Shown: positions 58,792 to 64,000 of the stretch, piece after piece
Layout of the letters: each line of letters starts with the position of its first letter
How positions within the stretch are numbered: the stretch's first letter is position 1
NCBI GenBank assembly: GCA_021824625.1
Contig: JAKAKE010000181.1
Span: 5,209-69,208 of the forward strand
DNA length: 64,000 bases
Direction: 5' to 3'
Origin: Bacteroidota bacterium
GTDB lineage: Bacteria > Bacteroidota > Ignavibacteria > Kapaibacteriales > UBA2268
The notes under the pieces: generated by a model
What the model saw: only the letters and a program-made list of their open reading frames with translations
Told to the model about the DNA's origin: nothing
Database searches by the model: none
Translations under genes and position numbers: made by a program

Positions 58792-58828
58792 ATATTAAAA
58801 GTTATTTCTAAAACAATTCATTAAAATG

Positions 58829-58899
58829 AGGTGCCTGTCGGAATCGAACCAACGTAGGAGGTTTTGCAGACCTCTGCCTAACCACTCGGCCAAGGCACC
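58829..58899 (-). tRNA. tRNA-Cys (anticodon GCA)
   Basis: Reverse complement folds as acceptor GGTGCCT/AGGCACC, D-arm, anticodon stem GAGGT/ACCTC with loop CTGCAAA (anticodon GCA), T-arm GTTGG-TTCGATT-CCGAC, discriminator U as typical for tRNA-Cys. Confidence 0.85.
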
Positions 58900-59093
58900 T
58901 TTTAATAGGATTACAAAATTAGGAATAATATAAGGAAAAATCAAATGAATTTTAACATTGACTATTTCGCTGAACTTATTAGAATATAATAAAATACTGT
59001 TATTCTCATAAGAAAACACCCCAAATTTTGACAAAAAATTCTTAATTTACCTTCTTGTATTTACCAATTTTTATAAAAAAACAGGTTAGGTTA

Positions 59094-60467
59094 ATGAAAA
59101 CAGTAATTGAGCCATTTAAAATTAAGTCAGTCGAGCCGATTGCATTAACTACTCGTGAACAAAGAGAAAAACTCATTAAAAATGCTTTTTATAATACATT
59201 CTATCTGAAATCTGAAGAAATAACCATTGATTTACTTACTGATAGCGGAACAACTGCAATGAGTGCCAGGCAGTGGGGCAAAATTATGGAAGGTGACGAA
59301 TCTTATGCAGGTTCAAAGAGTTATTATAAGTTCGAGAATGTCGTTAAGGATTTTACCAATTTCAAACATATTATACCGACTCACCAGGGTAGGGCTGCAG
59401 AACGCATTCTGTTTTCAGTTCTTGGAGGAAAAGGTAAATATATTCCAAACAATACACATTTCGACACTACAAGGGGAAATATTGAGTTTGCCGGTGCAAA
59501 TGCAGTTGATTTACCGGGTGAAGATGGAACAAATCCTGAAAAAATTGGCGATTTTAAAGGCAACTTAAATATTCAGGCTCTTGAAAATTTAATCAAAAAA
59601 GTTGGTAAAGAGAATATACCGATTTGCATGCTGACTGTTACAAATAACAGCGGGGGAGGGCAACCTGTATCAATGCAAAATATTCGTGAAACAAAAAATG
59701 TCCTAAAAAAATATGGTATCCCACTATATCTTGATTGTTGCCGCTTTGCAGAAAATGCATACTTTATTAAAATGCGCGAAAAAGGATATAATAATAAATC
59801 CATAAAAGAAATAGCCAGGGAAATGTTCTCTTATGCCGATGGATGCACAATGAGTGCTAAAAAAGACGGTCTTTCAAATACTGGCGGATTTATTGGTACT
59901 AATGACGATGAAATAGCAGGTAAAGCCAAAACCCTTTTAATTATTACCGAGGGATTTATTACTTATGGCGGTTTAGCAAGACGAGACCTTGAAGCACTTG
60001 CAGTTGGATTTGAAGAAGTGTTTGATGAAAATTATCTTAAATACAGAATTGAGCAGGTGAAATATTTCGGTGATAAATTAATAGAATCAGGTGTGCCTAT
60101 ACTTGTTCCAACAGGTGGCCACGCTGTTTATCTCGATGCAAAACGATTTGCTTCTCATATTAAACCTGAATTTTTCCCCGGTCAGAGTATTACTTGTGAA
60201 ATATTCAAAGTTGGTGGTATCCGTGCAGTAGAAATCGGCTCTGTCATGTTCGGAAAAAAGGATGCAAAAGGAAAACATATTGCACCTCCTATGGAATTAG
60301 TTAGGTGTGCAGTTCCACGAAGAGTATATACTAACAGCCACATTGATTATACTGTAGAAGCTATTGCAGAAGTTTATAAAAACAGGAAGAAACTCAGAGG
60401 AATGAAATTGGTTTGGGAGCCGACATTCCTAAGGCATTTTACTGCAAAATTCGATTATATTAAGTAA
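59094..60467 (+). CDS. beta-eliminating lyase of the tryptophanase/tyrosine phenol-lyase family (motifs closer to tyrosine phenol-lyase)
   Basis: PLP-Lys motif [25 protein letters not shown] (near-identical to TPL [25 protein letters not shown]), [16 protein letters not shown], C-terminal [13 protein letters not shown]; start taken at [12 protein letters not shown] (internal Met of annotated ORF). Confidence 0.8.
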   Translation: [457 protein letters not shown]

Positions 60468-60577
60468 GAAGATTGTAAGATAAATTATTAAATCTTCTGT
60501 TTATTGTATTAATGAAAGTTTTTTTCTTGCGTCTTAGTTTTACAATTATTGAAATAATAAATTAAGTATTTTTAAAC

Positions 60578-63121
60578 ATGACATCTAGTGAAATAAGACA
60601 ATCATTTTTAGATTTTTTTAAATCGAAAGAACATCGAATCGTTCAGAGTGCTTCTGTCATTCCGCACGGAGACCCGACCTTACTTTTTACGAATGCAGGT
60701 ATGAATCAATTCAAAGATGTTTTTCTCGGCTCGGGAAAACGCGATTATTCAAGAGCTGCTGATACCCAAAAGTGCATTCGTGTAAGCGGTAAGCACAACG
60801 ACCTTGAAGAAGTTGGCTTCGATACTTATCATCACACATTCTTTGAAATGCTTGGCAACTGGAGCTTCGGTGATTACTATAAATCAGAAGCAATTGGATG
60901 GGCTTGGGAACTTCTCACAGAAGTCTGGAAACTCGATAAGAACAGGCTTTATGCCACTGTTTACAGAATTGATGATGAAGCTTTTGAAATTTGGAAAAAA
61001 TACCTACCTGAATCAAAAATACTGAGATTTGACGAAAAAGATAATTTTTGGGAAATGGGCGAGACTGGCCCCTGCGGTCCTTGCAGTGAAATTCATTATG
61101 ACCGGACACCTGATTTGTCGGGAGTAAATCTTGTAAATGCAGGAACACCTGACGTAATCGAAATCTGGAATCTTGTATTTATTCAATACAATCGCAAGCA
61201 AGGCGGTACACTCGAAGATTTGAGTGCCAAACATGTTGACACCGGAATGGGATTCGAGCGTATCTGTGCTGTTATTCAAGGAAAGTCATCCAATTATGAT
61301 ACTGATGTTTTCATGCCATTGATTAATGAAATTGAAACATTATCCGGAAGGCAATATTCGACTGAATTAAAAAATTCTGATGGTGTTGCCATGAGAGTTA
61401 TAGCCGACCATATCAGGACACTCGCATTTGCTATAGCTGATGGTGCTTTGCCGGGCAACGAAGGCAGGGGATATGTCTTACGCCGCATATTGAGAAGAGC
61501 GTCGAGATTTTCTAAAAATATCGGTTTCAAGGATGCTGTTTTGTATAAACTCGTTCCGGTATTAGTTAATATTATGAAGGATGTTTTTCCTGAATTAAAA
61601 AGTCATCAAAACATTATTGGAAGAGTAATAAAAGCCGAAGAAGAAAGTTTCCTCCAAACACTCGAACGAGGGCTTGAAATATTTGAAGATATTAAAAATA
61701 TACTTATTCAAACTAATAATAATCAAATTTCAGGTGCAGATGCTTTTCAATTATACGATACATTCGGTTTTCCGATTGACCTTACAGAGCTTCTCGCAAG
61801 AGAAAATAATATGTCTATTGATAAAGCGGGTTTCGATGCAAAATTAGAAGAGCAGAGAGAACGTTCCAGGAATGCCAGGAAATCTATAATACAGGATGTT
61901 GATATTCCGGATATCAAGGAATCATCTGTTTTTACCGGCTATGAAGAATTATCAACAGAAGCTAAGGTTTTGTACGTTAATGGCAATCAGATTGTATTTG
62001 ATAAAACACCATTTTATTCAGAAAGCGGTGGACAGATATCCGATACAGGCACTATTACTCTTGGCGGACAGGAGTATAATGTTATTGATGTCCGTAAGTA
62101 TGGGAATGCAATCGTTCATATTTGTGATACAGAAGTCGAACCTCTGATTGGTGAAATTGCTTTAGCCGAAGTTGATGTTGACAGGAGAAGAAATATAATG
62201 AGAAATCATTCTGCTACACATCTTCTTCATGAGGCACTGCGTCAAGTTCTGGGGGAACATGTTAAACAGGCAGGTTCACTCGTTGCACCTGATTACCTAC
62301 GCTTTGACATCAACCATTTTGAGAAAATCAATGATGATGACTTGAAAAAGATAGAATCAATTGTTAATGAAAAGATTTTCCGGAATATTGATGTGAGAAC
62401 TGATATACTTCCTATTGAAGAAGCAAAGAAAAATCCGCGAACAAAAATGTTCTTCGGTGATAAGTACGGAGATATAGTTCGTGTAGTCAAAATGGATGAA
62501 AGTTTTTCACAAGAGTTTTGCGGCGGTACGCACGTTAAGAATACAAGTGAAATAGGATTCTTTAAGATAATTTCAGAATCGTCTATAGCTGCCGGAGTAA
62601 GGCGAATAGAGGCGATTACGGGGAAATCATTAGAAGAATACATCAATAATACACAAGATAAAATTTCATTAAAGCAATCTGAAATTGAACAGCTTCAAGC
62701 TAAGATTAAATTACTTGAGAAGGAAATTGCGAAGAATAAAATCGGAGATATACGTTCACAAATGCAGAATTGGATTAACAATGCTAATGAAATAAATAAT
62801 ATCAGGATTGTATCTCAGCAGATTGAAACAGAAGATATTGAACAACTAAGACAAATCGGTGAAAATCTCAGGGATGAATTTGGCAATCATGGAATCGGAT
62901 TACTTGCCACAATTATAAATGATAAAGTGCAATTGGTTTGTGTTGTAACCGATGATTTGATGAAAAAATATCCGGCCGGAAAAATTGTGGGCGAAGCTGC
63001 TAAACTAATTGGCGGTGCCGGAGGCGGGAGACCACATCTTGCTACAGCAGGAGGAAAAGATATTTCAAAGTTGTCGGATTTATTGAATAATTTTCATTCT
63101 CTCATTGAGAAGATGATTTGA
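60578..63121 (+). CDS. alaS: alanine--tRNA ligase
   Basis: N-terminal class II motifs (FLDFFKSKEHRIVQSASVIPHGDPTLLFTNAGMNQFKDVFLG; FFEMLGNWSFGDYYK), editing-domain HxxxH (HSATHLLHEAL), C-terminal DHHA1 (GGAGGGRPHLATAGG); 847 aa. Confidence 0.95.
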   Translation: MTSSEIRQSFLDFFKSKEHRIVQSASVIPHGDPTLLFTNAGMNQFKDVFLGSGKRDYSRAADTQKCIRVSGKHNDLEEVGFDTYHHTFFEMLGNWSFGDYYKSEAIGWAWELLTEVWKLDKNRLYATVYRIDDEAFEIWKKYLPESKILRFDEKDNFWEMGETGPCGPCSEIHYDRTPDLSGVNLVNAGTPDVIEIWNLVFIQYNRKQGGTLEDLSAKHVDTGMGFERICAVIQGKSSNYDTDVFMPLINEIETLSGRQYSTELKNSDGVAMRVIADHIRTLAFAIADGALPGNEGRGYVLRRILRRASRFSKNIGFKDAVLYKLVPVLVNIMKDVFPELKSHQNIIGRVIKAEEESFLQTLERGLEIFEDIKNILIQTNNNQISGADAFQLYDTFGFPIDLTELLARENNMSIDKAGFDAKLEEQRERSRNARKSIIQDVDIPDIKESSVFTGYEELSTEAKVLYVNGNQIVFDKTPFYSESGGQISDTGTITLGGQEYNVIDVRKYGNAIVHICDTEVEPLIGEIALAEVDVDRRRNIMRNHSATHLLHEALRQVLGEHVKQAGSLVAPDYLRFDINHFEKINDDDLKKIESIVNEKIFRNIDVRTDILPIEEAKKNPRTKMFFGDKYGDIVRVVKMDESFSQEFCGGTHVKNTSEIGFFKIISESSIAAGVRRIEAITGKSLEEYINNTQDKISLKQSEIEQLQAKIKLLEKEIAKNKIGDIRSQMQNWINNANEINNIRIVSQQIETEDIEQLRQIGENLRDEFGNHGIGLLATIINDKVQLVCVVTDDLMKKYPAGKIVGEAAKLIGGAGGGRPHLATAGGKDISKLSDLLNNFHSLIEKMI

Positions 63122-63164
63122 CACTTTCGGAAGTTACTCCCGTTAAAAAAAATATTTATTTTAC

Positions 63165-63206
63165 ACATAACTCATTATAAATTAATGAGTTATTTTTTTT
63201 TTTTTT
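63165..63206 (+). terminator. rho-independent terminator of alaS
   Basis: Stem acataactcatta/taatgagttat with loop taaat, followed by T13. Confidence 0.8.
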
Positions 63207-63495
63207 CTATCTTTTTGAAAAAAAATAAATTTGCTTTTTAAATATTTGTTTATTAAATTTGGTTTGTGTTCCTTAAATATAATAATCGTATGGATAATAT
63301 CCATATTAATATAAATAACCGAGAAACTTGAGCCCTTCTGGTTTTTCAGGTTCATATCTAAAATAAATTAACATAAATAGCAAAGGGATTTTTGTTAATA
63401 ACAGAAAGGATACATTTAAAAATTACTATTCGAAATAACTAACCGAATAACAATCATGGAGGATTATGCAGGAAAATAATTCAATTGATTAATTA

Positions 63496-63518
63496 TTATG
63501 CAAATGTTATTTGCATAA
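63496..63518. promoter_or_regulatory. perfect 10-bp inverted repeat ttatgcaaat-gtt-atttgcataa (candidate operator)
   Basis: Read directly; lies ~160 bp upstream of the next ORF start, in a 550-bp intergenic region. Confidence 0.3.
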
Positions 63519-63535
63519 AAGAGGCATAATACAAA

Positions 63536-63620
63536 GAGCCAGCTGGATTGCTCTCAACTGGCTCCCAGCTATTGAGCTGTAATCCACATAATTGAGCTTT
63601 GCAACCTTTGTTTATGTGGA
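63536..63620 (+). promoter_or_regulatory. two consecutive stem-loops in putative 5' leader (gagccagctgg...caactggctc; tccacataa...ttatgtgga)
   Basis: 9-10-bp stems with 8-nt and 20-nt loops located 55-140 nt upstream of ATG at 63676. Confidence 0.3.
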
Positions 63621-63675
63621 CACGAGAGCAAAAATAAGGAATTATTTTGTTCAAAAATAAAGAAAGGGATCAGAA

Positions 63676-64000
63676 ATGAAAAAAATATTTAACATTTTAT
63701 TCATGCTAATACTAGTGTGTCTTTTGCAAATAACGGTTTTTGCGGATGAATTTCCAACTGACCCACCACCCTGTCCTGGGGAAGGATGTGATCCAGATGA
63801 GTGGGTAATGAAGGATATTTCTTATTCAAATTTCATTGAGTGTGAAGGTTGTACAATTGTTGTATGGGTTAAAATAAATCGTCAATGTAATGAAATGTAC
63901 TTACAGTATTATCAGATTGCTTCTATAGAGTGTGTAGAATGTCTAAACGATGCTTCCTGGACTTGGGAGGATATAAATAGACTAATTAACATTAGATTGT
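63676..64000 (+). CDS. secreted Cys-rich hypothetical protein (partial; runs off window end)
   Basis: Signal peptide MKKIFNILFMLILVCLLQITVFA then PPCPGEGCDPDEW...CEGC...CNE...CVEC; no stop before window end. Confidence 0.5.
   Translation, partial: MKKIFNILFMLILVCLLQITVFADEFPTDPPPCPGEGCDPDEWVMKDISYSNFIECEGCTIVVWVKINRQCNEMYLQYYQIASIECVECLNDASWTWEDINRLINIRL

Noticed and set aside
58795-59034. 79-aa minus-strand ORF overlapping tRNA-Cys
   Set aside because: It overlaps the well-folded tRNA-Cys(GCA) gene. Its product is low-complexity (MSKFGVFSYENNSILLYSNKF...) with no motifs. It is an artefact of ORF calling across a tRNA.

Overview
This 64-kb window is low-GC and reads as an FCB-group bacterium. 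It carries a PorX-like response regulator and two type IX secretion system (T9SS) cargo proteins, and several genes have AGGAGG Shine-Dalgarno spacers, which points away from classical Bacteroidia and possibly toward an Ignavibacteria-like lineage. Recognisable housekeeping genes are hppA, an MsbA-like ABC exporter, a pirin, ruvB, tsaE, pdxH, gcvH, accB and accC, efp, a tyrosine phenol-lyase/tryptophanase-family lyase, alaS, tRNA-Pro(CGG) and tRNA-Cys(GCA). There is also an alpha-2-macroglobulin lipoprotein with its partner PBP1C. Between and around these sit several accessory regions. (1) Two divergent paralogous PEP-synthase-like phosphotransferases (PPDK_N plus mobile His domain, but a non-canonical shared C-terminal domain) flank a TauE/SafE permease; one is co-transcribed with a Cache/PAS histidine kinase and a single-domain response regulator. 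(2) clpB is truncated in its M-domain and is followed by an AT-rich module of about 5 kb encoding a FlbD-like protein, a secreted beta-rich protein, an RsbW-like serine kinase and a large P-loop NTPase with a C-terminal coiled-coil/TM hairpin. (3) A GxxExxY (PD-(D/E)XK-fold) gene is bounded by perfect 25-bp inverted repeats and has a 93-bp tandem duplication of its left end, inserted between the a2m-associated genes and pbpC. (4) A dispersed repeat family built from helically spaced AGGATT motifs occurs at several gene 3' ends, together with a composite hairpin-repeat cluster after hppA. No CRISPR array, integrase or transposase was seen.
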